In this document: piece by piece, positions 12,005 to 24,270 of the stretch | How the letters are laid out: the number at the start of each line of letters is the position of its first letter | Numbering within the stretch: the first letter of the stretch is position 1 | Assembly (NCBI GenBank): GCA_052426225.1 | Contig: JBNJNM010000021.1 | Coordinates: forward strand, 186,001-250,000 | Length of the DNA: 64,000 bases | Direction of reading: 5' to 3' | From: Zancudomyces culisetae HAW-14-8 | Taxonomy: Eukaryota; Fungi; Kickxellomycota | The notes under the pieces: generated by a model | Told to the model about the DNA's origin: nothing | The model's database searches: none | Seen by the model: the letters and a program-made list of their open reading frames with translations, nothing else | Translations under genes and position numbers: made by a program

Positions 12005-14365
12005 TTAGCCTAATGTTGAGGCGGTATCAGAACCAGACCCACCATCACTCTTGCTGGACTCTGTAAAAGAGTCCCTCTCCTCATAGTCTTCTTCAGGCTC
12101 GTGAGGTCCATTAAGATTTTCAAGGTAGCTTTGTCCATCTCGTTTTGCTGGCATCATTTCATTTTTCCGATTCCACCTTAATGCATCTTCGAAACTTGTA
12201 GCCGAATGATTCAGTGTTGCCACACCGGTTGTTAGGTTAAAACTTCTAGCTCTCGTATTTTCTATCAGCTCTCTGAGCTCACCCATGTTTTCCCGATCCT
12301 CCCTTATGGACACGAACATTTTAGTAAACTTTCCCAGTGCAAAGATCTTTTTACGCATGTTTTCCCTCCTGACTTTATTGACAGCTTTTCTCGAGCTTGG
12401 CCTTTCGCTTGGATCTTCAGCGTCTCCTTCAGAAGCTATAAATTTGTTTAAGCGTAAGAAATGCATGTTCGAGCTGGGGGTTCAAGTCGGCATTAGCCCT
12501 CAATAAAATATAAAGACAAAAGCGCAAACACAACAGACTTTTAAAAAAATATATGTTTTTACCTTGACTATCACTTTCTTCTTCAGAGGATGTGGCATGA
12601 GTACCATCACCCTTACCTGACTTATCGAAATCTGTTGTAGACTCTAAATCATTACCATCTACACTTAGACTGATCATGCCTTTTTCTACTTCTTCAGGAC
12701 TACAAACGTTTAATATTGCACTCAAAAACTCAGTCACCTTTTCGCCAATATACGGCAATGACCAAGTGAACCCATCCATAAACCCAGGAAGCCAGTATGT
12801 CTTGGTTGACACTGCAGTAAAAGTTTTTAAGTTTACCTCATTATCTTTATAAAAAAGAAAGGCACCCTCATTCCCAAAAACGTCTAGGAAGTTGGGTGCA
12901 CTAAAGAGGCTTATAATAGAGTGATGTCCCTCTTTTGTTTTTCTGTGTAGTTTGTAACCGGTTTTGAGTATCTGATGACCACGGACCATAAACTTTAGCT
13001 TGTTTTTTTTAAGGAAGTTGAATGCAGCATAATGACTATAATAATAAGAGCACGCCCTCATTGTGTTGGGCTCAAAGTCTCTTTCACTGATATGCCTTTC
13101 ATTGCCGACAAGCATCTTTGAGTTGTATGTTGGACTGGGGTCTGACCACACCAGATCGTTAAGTCTACCAAACATTGGTATTTCTTTGTATCTATGCACT
13201 TTTTCTATATCGTTTATTTTTTTTATTTCAGGGCCTATTCCAGCATGCACACACAGCACTGAATTATCAACTATGGCGGCAAGAGGCATGTTATAAAAAG
13301 AGCTAACAACCTCCTCGTATAGCGATATGTTGTATTTTTTGCAACATTCAAGCTTGAACGTGAACCGCTCGGTCATAATTTTGCACTCGTGATTCCCTCG
13401 GAGAAGGTGAACTTTTTTTGGATAGTTGATTTTTAGTGAGTATAACAGCAAAATCGTCTATAGAAAATCAAAGTATACGCGTTATTATAATGTTTCCTTT
13501 ATATTTTTGTATACTCGACAAGATGGTGCTATTCTTGTGTTACCTCGATAGAAAAGTAGCCACGATTGACATAGTTACCCAAAAAAACCATATTTGTGTC
13601 GTTTATGTCACCTGCTATATCCAATGTTTTTACGAGATCGTAGTATTGACCGAGTATATCACCAAAAACTAGTACATGCGTTGTATACAACAAGAGTTTC
13701 AGTTTAGTTTTGATTCTTCTTTTTGATACAATAATAAAACGAAACGATAATATAACAATACGATATCAACACCTTAAGAATATTAATAACTGTTATCGAC
13801 TTACTCGCAACAGGCTGAGTGGTGTGTACAACGTTGTGTTCTTCACGCATAATACTTGATGCCGTGCGGATAATTCGTATTGCATGATCTAGGTCGAGCC
13901 TACCTTCTTGAAGAAGAAATTTTTTTAAGAAATCGACATTTGGAATGTTTTTTTCGATATTGATGAAGAGTTCACTTTCTTTCGGGGTAAATGTTAGCGG
14001 AGGTGAAACGTCTATATTTATAAATGAACACTTATCGTCATTACGCACTAATACTAGAAAAATTTCAAAGCATGAATATATTGTTACGACAAATATATCC
14101 TCATTATTTCTCTTCGTATACCTCCAAAGACACTTGCTGGTTCAAAATAAGTAATATATGTTGATATCGTATATATGCTCAAGAGATAAAAAATCTGTAA
14201 ATTTTAATACAACGCACCTGCCACCATTCTTCCTTTGGTTGACATATGATCACTATCAAATTCTGGCATAGTAAAAACTATTCCAGGCGTCTTCATTACC
14301 ACATCTACTTTATTCGTGCTGTCCTCTACGTCAACGCCCTTATCGGTTGAAATATTCGTTGCCAT
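12005..14365 (-). CDS. Calcineurin A (PP2B catalytic subunit) paralog with degenerate active site; 5 exons (14365-14218, 14011-13805, 13668-13544, 13457-12563, 12435-12005)
   Basis: All introns are GT-AG and frame-consistent. Motifs: [48 protein letters not shown]. CnB-binding [23 protein letters not shown]; CaM-binding [19 protein letters not shown]; autoinhibitory [16 protein letters not shown]. Confidence 0.92.
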
Positions 14366-16407
14366 CTTTCAAGTACACAAGTATATTACAACACATATAC
14401 AATAGAATGACCTTATAAAGTTATTATACTGCAGTATAGAGTAATATTTTTTTTGTAAAGCAGGATTAAGATTAATTGACGTTCTGAGCTAAAACATAAA
14501 AGTATGAAATGATGCATAGATGTATTTGCAGCCATTATTAATTGACAAAACAACCACTTGTTTATTAATGAGGTTCTTCTCTCCTTTTTTTTCTGGGCCC
14601 TGTATTTCCACAACTTTGGGGAAAAAATGAGGAGAGGAGGGGGGGAGTATTCTTCCATTGGGGAAGGGGGAGTAACTATCACGTGAAGTGGTATTACAAG
14701 CCGATTGCGTAACTATAAACAACAAACCCAATAGACTGCGTGAATGTGAGAAAATTTCTACGTCCACTGGGTGTTCTACATTGCGATTAGTGATGGGAGG
14801 AACCTGAGCACTAGAAAGTCCAAGAAAAATTACCCCCGCCTATAAGAGCCTCTGCATGCAAAATTTGAGTTTTATAGAACTCCTATTTGCAGATAGTATC
14901 AGTAGCATCATTGATTATCACTACTTTTGTTTACGCTTTTCTAGAACCCGAGTAGTGAATATATACATGTTTGACAGCCACGCATTGTTCAAAGTAAAAG
15001 CATACCATGATACCACTTGTTTTACAGCAAATAAATACATTTCGTAAGCTTTTCTGATAGAGTGAACTGGCAACCCCCTCTTTTTTTTCTCTAAATGGAT
15101 GATCAACCAACGAAGATAATCGGTTCAGAGATTTCTTATTAATGGAAGCAGATGTGAGTGCTCCAAAAGGATTTTTCAGCCTACAAATCCTACCTAAAAC
15201 AAAAAAAAACTATTTCGTTCGCGGACATGCTCGGGGCGAGCAACTAACCTCTTGAAAGTAACAAAGATCTTTTTTTTTTTTTTGGAAAAAGCGTGTGGTA
15301 TGAGAATAACTAAGCTATAGAGTGTGGATCGCATTTGTGTTGAACCTAGAAAAAATTAAGTGGGTAAAAAGAAAAAACTGAAGGTTGCTGAATACTACAC
15401 CATACTCGTTCAAACCGACAGACTTATTCGTTATTGCACATATCGCATGTTTTTTGCAATATTTCCTTGCTCCTATTGGCACTCAGATGTATATAAACTA
15501 CCTTTTCCTGTCTTTTTGGTGACATTTACCAGAGGAAAAGTGTGCTCATATATGTAATGATCATATTTTGCATCACTGAAAGTTGCATGGTAGGGAGGGA
15601 TGTGTGACCTTTTTTTAAAAAAACGATTTCTAAAAAATGAGATTATCTTATATTTACTAAACACATGATTCACTTTTTTATCGCTAATACTTTCATTATT
15701 TCCCAACCATGTTTTCGGGGGAAAGTATGTCCTAAATAATATTTAGAATACCTTAAAATTGCAGGTATTTCTTGGTAGAATTAACATTTTTATATACTTT
15801 CAATTATAGAAACAGATTAAACCGCAGAAGCGATATAGTCAGCCATTGTGGTTGTTGGTAAGACTCGATCCCTATCAACCCCTCTGCTCTTATCTAGCGC
15901 AGTCACCAAGTGATTACACATTCAACAGTTCTATTCGGATACAATAAAAAAAGGAAAGTGTAATGCAGGAATAATTAACGGGAGAGTTCTGCTCCTCAAT
16001 CACCATTTCATCCACCGCTTTGGTTTATTTTTAAACTACTTTGAGGCTTTATAAAATGTAAAGGGATTTAAACTCTGCTATCTTTCACATCACAGCTTGG
16101 AATTCAAATAAAAACTTGCTTAGGTCAGCAAGGTTTTGTTAACAGGCTCCCTACTGAAGATTTCTGATTATTGTCCTGTGCATATTTGTTCATCTTGTTC
16201 TATTTGATTTTGGTCTCTAAGTATCGGGAAAAAACGCGTAAAAAAATTTTTTTTTCCAAATAGCAAACGTTTTAGTTGGAAAACGACCAAAATAAAAATA
16301 AAAATAAAAATTAAACACTACTGGTTTCCCTTAAACCAAGTTTATAGTAAATAGTTAATAAACGGCTTACAGGAGGCGATAATTATACATCCTTTAAGGT
16401 GGGGAGA

Positions 16408-17487
16408 ATGGATACATTACCAAATTCGTTTAGAGCGGCAGCTGCGGCGGTCACGCAGTTATACAGAGATGCAAATGAGGCATCGATTAACAATTATAAA
16501 CTGGGGTACAACGACTGCATTGATGACTTTATAAAGCATTTTCAAGTGGACCGCGAGATTGCCGAGCTTGAAAAGCTTGATGACGTAACCAAAAATCAAC
16601 TGAGGCCGGAAATTGAAGTAAACTTTGTAACAGACTCGTATGGGAAGAAATGGATAGACATCGATTCGATTCTTTTTTTTGTTTTAAAAAGCAAATCGCG
16701 GGCAGAGAGCAAGAAAAATAAAAGTGAGACGAACTCTATAAATAAGTATAGTAAGTCCCGTGAAGAGGATAGAGAAAATAGATTAAATAACGAAAATACA
16801 AGGAAAAAGGGATGTGATTATAAAGATACTACAGGGATTTTCCATTTGTCCAGAAATTCTATAGGTCCGAATGAAACAGCAAATAACCTACAAGGAGGAA
16901 AAAACAGAACTGAAATGAATGCGGAGGAGCTTTTTCAAAAAAAGGACACCAAGATGCTAGACTTAAATGATTGTAAACACACTGATAAAAACTGCACTTG
17001 TAGCCGACCGGAGCTTAGGCATCTGGGGACTGAAAATCCAAATCAAACAGGAAACCAAACAGCCTCCATAAACGAGCCAAATGACAATAAGATTGAACAG
17101 AGGAAGCACCTTGCAGGCGATAAAGGAGTAGAGCAGGTGGACTCAGTAGGCAATCTTTCTGATAAATTCACCTTTTCATTGAAAAACAGCAACAAAAAGC
17201 ATCTACCTACCTATGAAGAAATAGTAGGTATGTCTGTGGGTGACTCACAAACCGAATACGCGAGAAATCAACAAGACATGTATGCTAGTTTTAGTGAAAG
17301 TATGAACGGACCCATTTGTTTTGGTTCAAAACGGACCATTTACAATCATTCTGCACAAACAGATACACATGCTTTGCAAGATCGACAGGCGTCAAATTGG
17401 GAACATGCATCAAATGTAAATAACTTTGGAGTGTTTGAACCTCCATACAAAAGAATTCATAGACAAGAGGAAATGGATTTGAATTAG
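16408..17487 (+). CDS. HAPSTR1/C16orf72 (DUF4588)-like protein with disordered C-terminus
   Basis: ATG at 16408. N-terminal LPNSFRAAAAAVTQLYR..GYNDCIDDF resembles the F-x-x-[AS]-A-x-[AS]-V-x-x-L-Y-[KR]..GY signature. Basic PPYKRIHR near the end. Confidence 0.55.
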   Translation: MDTLPNSFRAAAAAVTQLYRDANEASINNYKLGYNDCIDDFIKHFQVDREIAELEKLDDVTKNQLRPEIEVNFVTDSYGKKWIDIDSILFFVLKSKSRAESKKNKSETNSINKYSKSREEDRENRLNNENTRKKGCDYKDTTGIFHLSRNSIGPNETANNLQGGKNRTEMNAEELFQKKDTKMLDLNDCKHTDKNCTCSRPELRHLGTENPNQTGNQTASINEPNDNKIEQRKHLAGDKGVEQVDSVGNLSDKFTFSLKNSNKKHLPTYEEIVGMSVGDSQTEYARNQQDMYASFSESMNGPICFGSKRTIYNHSAQTDTHALQDRQASNWEHASNVNNFGVFEPPYKRIHRQEEMDLN

Positions 17488-17546
17488 GTTTTCTCTTCTT
17501 TACCCCCTTTTTTTTGTTTAAAAATAGAGCATCGATATATTTTCGC

Positions 17547-18410
17547 TTAGTTTCCCTCGTATTCTCGTATTCTAATCCCAAAAATACCAAAATCGTCCAG
17601 CCAACATACAATGTAGTGATTTTTTTCCCACATAAAATATCTAAATTCGTTAATTCCTATTCCCGTATTCTCTTCTAAAAGTTCTTCAAACTCTCTCTGA
17701 TATATTCCCAGTAATGAAAGACCTTCTTTGATGGATTTACTACTTTTTTGTGCTTCGAAGGCATGATTTTGAGACATATTTTGCCCAGAATTTATGAAAA
17801 CATCGTCCCAAATTTCATAAGCCGATTCAGCTTCTGATCTTTGGAAAGACAACTCCAACTCTCTGCGATCTTTTACAGAATCGACCTCCATATTTTCACA
17901 CCCATCGCTATTTTCTATGCCATCTTCTATTAATAATTCATCCTCCAATCCAAGACCAAAGTCGCTTTCAGCCTCATCGTCCTCATAACCACAATCAATT
18001 TCGTGTTCGGTTGCCAGCTTTTCGAATTTGTCGGAGCTGAGATGTTTAATGCTGTTTATTTTCTCGTTATATATATTCTCGATATCTATAGAATAGAGAC
18101 AAAAAGGTCTAACGACGAGATTGGTTAAAATGGAATCCAGTTCAACACATTTAGGTCGCAGTGATTTATCCAAAAGCTGCCTAATCCTCATGGCTCTGAA
18201 TCTTAGAGCATTGAGCTGCATATTTTCTGGATCAAAAAACATGCCTATTCTTGATACATCAGCTTCGATTTTCTCTAGGATAAGCTCTTTGTCTTCTTCA
18301 TTGTATTTATTGTCAAGCACGGAATCCAAGATTTGGTCTGATTGGAATTTGTTTACAAATTTTATATATTGCTGAATATCGTCTTTTCGATTTAAAAGTG
18401 AGGCCCACAT
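17547..18410 (-). CDS. Hypothetical acidic protein (287 aa)
   Basis: Long uninterrupted ATG ORF with protein-like composition; no family recognised. Confidence 0.7.
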   Translation of the reverse strand: MWASLLNRKDDIQQYIKFVNKFQSDQILDSVLDNKYNEEDKELILEKIEADVSRIGMFFDPENMQLNALRFRAMRIRQLLDKSLRPKCVELDSILTNLVVRPFCLYSIDIENIYNEKINSIKHLSSDKFEKLATEHEIDCGYEDDEAESDFGLGLEDELLIEDGIENSDGCENMEVDSVKDRRELELSFQRSEAESAYEIWDDVFINSGQNMSQNHAFEAQKSSKSIKEGLSLLGIYQREFEELLEENTGIGINEFRYFMWEKNHYIVCWLDDFGIFGIRIREYEGN

Positions 18411-18766
18411 TTACCGCTTTTCTTTTGTACTAGTTTATACTTTTTAGGTTGTACTCAAATGATTGAAGGAAAACTTTGCCTTAATTATATTTCTATTTAT
18501 GTTTGTATGTGCTATTTTTTTTTTGTTTGTTTTTTTCTTTTTCTTTAAAAAGGTAATCAAGAGTTTGCATAACAATGGTAAGGCCAAATATAGCCATAAC
18601 AGTTTACATCATCCAGCATTGAATGATTAAAAAATTTTCTCATTAGAACATAATAACTTTCAGAAACATACATGGTTTCAAGATATTTGAATGTCTGTTA
18701 TTTATAGGGTATAAGTGTATATAAAGGTCTTTGCTAAATAGAAAATGTAGATAAAAAAGAGAAAAA

Positions 18767-19660
18767 TCAACAAGTGATGGTACGATCGGCAAACTTAGGA
18801 GTAAGATCAGCATTGAGAATACCAAAGCTTCCTTCTACATTAAATGGATCGAATCTTGCTTCATGCTTCCATGGCTCATCGTGTCCTGAAAAATAGATAT
18901 AGTCCATGTTTCGTGCTCTAGCTCCACACACAAATGCTTGCAAATAAGCAAATGCACTATCTGGATCGGCTACTGCATCTCGTATCGAGTCGCCATCAGA
19001 TGGCCATCCAGTTTGTCCAACTACCACCATTTTTCCATTAGATCTTGCTGTGAGACCGTCTAAGCTTGTCAATAGAGAGTTTGCAGATGTTACGGCATCT
19101 TGGCCTTGCCAGAAGGGAAAGCCATTGGCCATTACAAAGTCAACCTCACTCATCACCTCTGGGGTATAGTTGAAGTGCTTTTCGGCAGCTGTTACACTAA
19201 CGTTTCCATATCCATCTTTCTGCAAAATATCCTTTGTTTTCTTCAGCTTTTCAGCTATTTGAGCTGGGGTTTGCGTTCCATCAGAGATTGGATCGTTTCC
19301 TACCACCACAGACAGGACATTATCATTAAGGTCATATTTTTTTGCCAATGTATCAAGCGTGTCCAGCTCTTTTTGGAATGTGGCATCATCACTTCCAACC
19401 CACATTCCCAGATTTACCTTCATCTCTGTTCCCTGTATGGCCTCTAGTATTAAGTCACCTTGGTCACAATCAACGAGACTGTATATTCTGAGTATACTTG
19501 TGGTATCCTTCAACGCGCTGATGTCGCTCTTGATATCATCTAGGGTTGGGCAGGAGCCATCACTTCTTTTTGGGTTATATGTAAGTCCGCACAGACTACT
19601 CTGTGCACTGGCACTAAAGGCCATGGCCAAAAGAGAAACAAATACTTTGACGCTTAACAT
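18767..19660 (-). CDS. Secreted GH17 (Bgl2-like beta-1,3-glucanase fold) protein, catalytic Glu residues substituted
   Basis: Signal peptide MLSVKVFVSLLAMAFSASA; GLTYNP..DGSC, LRIYSLVDC, LGMWV, VVVGND, VMANGFPFW, GQTGWPSDG, DEPWK, VEGSFGIL. Confidence 0.92.
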   Translation of the reverse strand: MLSVKVFVSLLAMAFSASAQSSLCGLTYNPKRSDGSCPTLDDIKSDISALKDTTSILRIYSLVDCDQGDLILEAIQGTEMKVNLGMWVGSDDATFQKELDTLDTLAKKYDLNDNVLSVVVGNDPISDGTQTPAQIAEKLKKTKDILQKDGYGNVSVTAAEKHFNYTPEVMSEVDFVMANGFPFWQGQDAVTSANSLLTSLDGLTARSNGKMVVVGQTGWPSDGDSIRDAVADPDSAFAYLQAFVCGARARNMDYIYFSGHDEPWKHEARFDPFNVEGSFGILNADLTPKFADRTITC

Positions 19661-20399
19661 ATTGAAAATGTTTAAAATATTGACAGTTTTAAATCACTAT
19701 AGATAATCTAAAAGGTAATAGTGCTGACTAAACATTTTTATGGTTCTCTGATCAACGGTATTTATATGATTGCTTTCATTTACCAAGCGTCCTTTTTTGA
19801 CCTTTTTATTTTTTTAATGCTTATAAAAGCAACTAACACATCACTACCAGCTGCACCAGTAAAATAATTCTCACCAATAGCCAGGCACATTTGTCTCAAG
19901 ACTATTATATCAATAATACTCCAGTTTCATAGTAGCTGATTTTATTACTTTAGGACTTAGTTTGTTAACAATTAAACATTATAGATATCGTTGCAAATAA
20001 CAAACCTTGACAGTGAAATGTTTCAAAAACTTAAAAAGGCTTGCTTTGATTCTCCTTCTTGTATACTAAGGTTGGCGAGAAGCTGTATTTAGAAATGTAT
20101 ACTGCTTGATTGGTGTTACTTTAATATAGCGATTTAGATATTTTTTATGCCCCTAAAAGCTCAAACTGCCAATGATCAAAGCTGTTACAACTTGATATCT
20201 TTTTTGCACATACTCTAAGAGTTTTCTCTTACTTTTTACGGAGAAAATCAACATAAAAAACACTAATGATCTGGTGAGCTTTGGTTTCTTACCCAATTTG
20301 GATTCAAAAAAAAGTGATAAATAGACAAATGCGGGAGCAAAATTTGATGTGTTGAACATCACGATATGTAAGAGTATGTCTGTGTTTATATTTATATTC

Positions 20400-20429
20400 A
20401 TGTTTATGTTTATGTTTATGTTTATGTTT
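20400..20429 (+). repeat. (ATGTTT)5 microsatellite
   Basis: Direct tandem hexamer repeat. Confidence 0.85.
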
Positions 20430-21681
20430 CATACGAATACTGGACCCACGTTATGGTTTTACAGTAATATTACATTTAAGTATCTATGTAGTAGTATCTG
20501 TATATACAGCTGAGAAACAACTGTCCTATGTGACACACCACAAATACCCAACACTACTAATCCATTTTCGAAACTTATTTAAAACAAAGCTAAATGTAAA
20601 TCTTATCGAATTATATCCAAACACAAAATTTTGGAGTCGATTTCCACATAACAATTAGTTTTCAAGGGATTTTGTGGAGAAATACCACACTCTTCTAATA
20701 AATTCAAATAGCGCACCGTTTCGACTTTTTTTTAATGGTGTTTCATTAGGTTGAAACCCAGTTGAGGACTTTCGGATGGGGTTAAAAATAGATTTTGCAA
20801 AGAATGATAACTTGACATCCATATCGGTGCTACTTCCCCTCAGCAATGCCTTTGAGTATTTCTTAACTGGAGTTTACCCCATTCTGGCTTTTAAAAAGAT
20901 GTACTCTTAAAAGAAAGTTTTGTGTGCTTTTATTGTTCTTTTATCTTTTATCTATTGTATTTTTTTTTTCATGTAAAAAATCAAAAAAACAGGCGATTCG
21001 AATGCAAATAGTGAGTAGTATTCAGGCACAGGTCTAGACTAATGCTCAAATACGAGTACAACAATACACTGATCTGCCTCTATTGCTTCTTGAGTGGTTA
21101 ACTTAACACCTTTTATGTAGTGTACGCGGGGGGAGGGGGATTCGTGAAATACTGAGGCTGGTTCTGTGGCGTGTTAATTCTTTTTTTGATGCAATATAAA
21201 ACAGATCAAACAACATTGGCGGTATTTTCAAAGTTGCCATTTTTGAGTGCGTGTCGGCTATTGGTTAAAGCAGAGCCGCTTAAATAATCGCCGTCAAGTC
21301 TTGCCTGATTTTATGCAAATTTTAAATTCGGATCAATATCGATTCTGATACGATGCTCAATCCTGCCTAGGAGCGGAAGTAAGCCCTTCTCTGATCTTTA
21401 TCAGCCATCATTTCGGGAAGAAAAATATTCGTTGTGGCGTATACTACCTAGTACATTACACTTTACCATATATGTATTTTTTTTTGCGAAATACAACAAC
21501 TATTTGCAAATCAGAGTGGTACGAACAAAAAAAACAGAATAAATTTTTTTATCCACTCTAAATTTATTTGCCATTCATTTTTTTTCTTTTGGCTTTCTGA
21601 AGTATAAATCAAAACGAAAACGATAAAGCCCAAACTTGTAAGAAAATTCAGGGAATAATCAGCCTAGAAAAAGCACATAAA

Positions 21682-22547
21682 ATGTATACAGTAGCCAATC
21701 TTACACCAGTTGCAGTTGCAAGAACTATTGATCACGCCTTGCTGCGACCAGATATGACCACCGACGAGGTGGTTGAGGGATGCAAGCTATGCATGAAATA
21801 CCATGCATTTAGCGTTTGTGTAAGACCTTGCGATGTGAAGTTAGCAGCAGACGTCTTAAAGGGTAGCGATGTTGCTGTATGCACTGTGATTTCTTTTCCT
21901 CATGGAACCTCTTCAACTGCTGGAAAAGTTGCCGAATCTCTTCAAGCACTTGAGGATGGTGCCGTAGAGCTCGATATGGTATGTACTTTTTTTATTTATT
22001 GTCGATGTACCCTCTAGAGATTGAGTATTCTCTCTTAGCATATGTTTTTTTTTTGCTTACTCTTGTTATCGATTATGCTTGGATGTTATCTTAGGTTATT
22101 AATATTGGGTATCTGAAATCAGGAAAGTATGATCAAGTTGAAGATGACATTAGACAAGTAGTTTCAGCAGCCAAGAAGAAAAATCCATCAGTTTTGGTTA
22201 AAGTCATATTCGAGTGCTGCCTCCTCACAAGCGAGGAGATCCGCAAGGCATGTGAGCTATCTTCAAGTGCTGGTGCTGACTTTGTGAAGACGTCAACAGG
22301 CTTTTCTACCGGTGGTGCAAAGATTCCCGATTTGAAACTGATGCGTGAATCATGTCCTGAAAGTGTACAAGTTAAGGCTTCGGGAGGAATTAGAAACCTG
22401 GATTATCTTATCGAATGCTTGAATGTTGGATGTACACGTATTGGTTGCTCTGGTACGAAACCGATTGTTGAGGAGTTGATTGCCAGACAGGCAAATCCTG
22501 CGCATAAAGTTGAACCTACAGCTCAGAGCAGCGCAGGCGACTATTAA
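21682..22547 (+). CDS. deoC: Deoxyribose-phosphate aldolase (DERA), 2 exons (21682-21978, 22095-22547)
   Basis: IDHALLRP, VCTVISFPHG, ELDM|VINIG across intron 21979-22094, VKVIFEC, ADFVKTSTGF (Schiff-base Lys), VKASGGIR, C-terminal Tyr. Confidence 0.96.
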
Positions 22548-24270
22548 CTCGACTCATGTTGTTATTGAATGCCTGTTACTCGTCTGACCGTTTTGTTTTT
22601 TTATATATGTACCGGTCATGGTTGCGCTGTACTTGTTACCCACAGCAATCATATTTTTGATTAAACCGATTAGTCCTATTATTAATACAACTATCTTTTA
22701 ACATGAATTTATTCCCTATTTTTGCATTTCATGGTTACTAGCTTTTTTTATTTTTTTTTGATAGAAATGGACGGAATAAAGATAAAATAGAGTTACTGAA
22801 GAAAACATGATGATGATAAAGTGCTTTGAGACATAAAAGATGTAGCCTGGGTAGTGTGGTTCGTACAAAATGAATGTACTAGCAAGATATTGAGCGTGAA
22901 GTGACTTCCACACCATTACATGTCTCTTTCTTGGCGTATTTTTTGGGAGGGATCTTGCAGAAGCCGGGAGAGTGAGGAGGTGTAAATTTTTGAGCTCTTG
23001 CTGTAGTATTTGAGTATATTTGAGTATATTTGAGGGTGTTATTTTTGCATCACAATATAATAGAGTGATGTATCACATTTGATAGGGAGAACGGGCTATA
23101 TACTTTTGCATGTCCAAAGTTTTTTTCTTAGTTTTTCACAAAAGTTGGAACTTTTTTTTGTGATTTGCAAACGAAAAAAGTTTGGAACGAAAACCAATGT
23201 TGGAGTGAAACCCAAATAAAAAGCCAATTGGAATGATTTTTCATTCTGCAACTTCAGAAGCTTGCTGACATTAGAGTGGCCAAAGTTGGTTGAAAAATAC
23301 ACTGTTTCTGCAGCCCATAAAATCTTTCACCAATTGATAAAAACTATTTAAAATGTGTGTAGTGAAAGGTGGGGAGAAGAAAGATAAGTGATGGGTGATG
23401 GGTGGTGGGTGGTGGGTAATGAGAAGGGGGGGGGGGAGGAGAAAAAGAGGTAAAAACCAAGACATACATGCTGGATGCGATATCTTTTTTTACAACTGAC
23501 AAGGAGCTTAGAAGCAGTATAGACTTGTTTCCTGAAGCTTTGCATTAAATAGATTCTTGCACAAAGTATGAAACTAAAATAATAAACAAAAATCATGAGA
23601 CTGGTATCATAGGTAATAAAAGAACAATCGTATCGTATTAAAAGTAGCGAATACCTTTATTATCTTTTTTGGATAAATGTGAGTAAATAAAGAAATGTAG
23701 GAATACACAAAGTAAAACAAGCGCACACAAAAAATTCCAAACAAGGAATTTCTTGCCTATCTCTTTCAATTTACCTTTTGATAATAGAATAACCACTACA
23801 GTGGTAATTCAGGGTTGTTTTGTCTTTGTGGGTAAGGTCTGAAATAGTCAAACATCCGGTAAAACATTTGCAAAAAAACTCGTAAAATGATTGAATGAAT
23901 TATGGGATAAAGATTGTCTGAAAAGCTATTTGCTTTTTGAGCTACTCACTAATTCATACCTGTATATGTTCTGACACCAATAAAAATGAAATGGTGTGGG
24001 TAACAAAGGAATTGTATCTGTAGAGACGTAAACGACAAGATATGCAACGCTGTTGCAAGATGAGACATATTTCTGCAGTTTGTGTATGTTTTGCTTTAGC
24101 TGGTTTTGGTTTATTGAAAACTAGCTGTGCAAAGCCTAATGAAAAAATTGGTATTAAAAAACTGCCAACGAAAGTTATATAAATACTGGAAGGTTTTTCT
24201 TGTGAAAAAAAACCAAAGATATCGAACTTTGTTGAAAATTATCAACTTCATCATATCAAATATATTAAAG

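Noticed and set aside
20655-20910. ~85-codon + frame interrupted by a single TGA (possible selenocysteine read-through, since some early-diverging fungi use Sec)
   Set aside because: No start codon, no redox motif or selenoprotein similarity, and no convincing SECIS seen.
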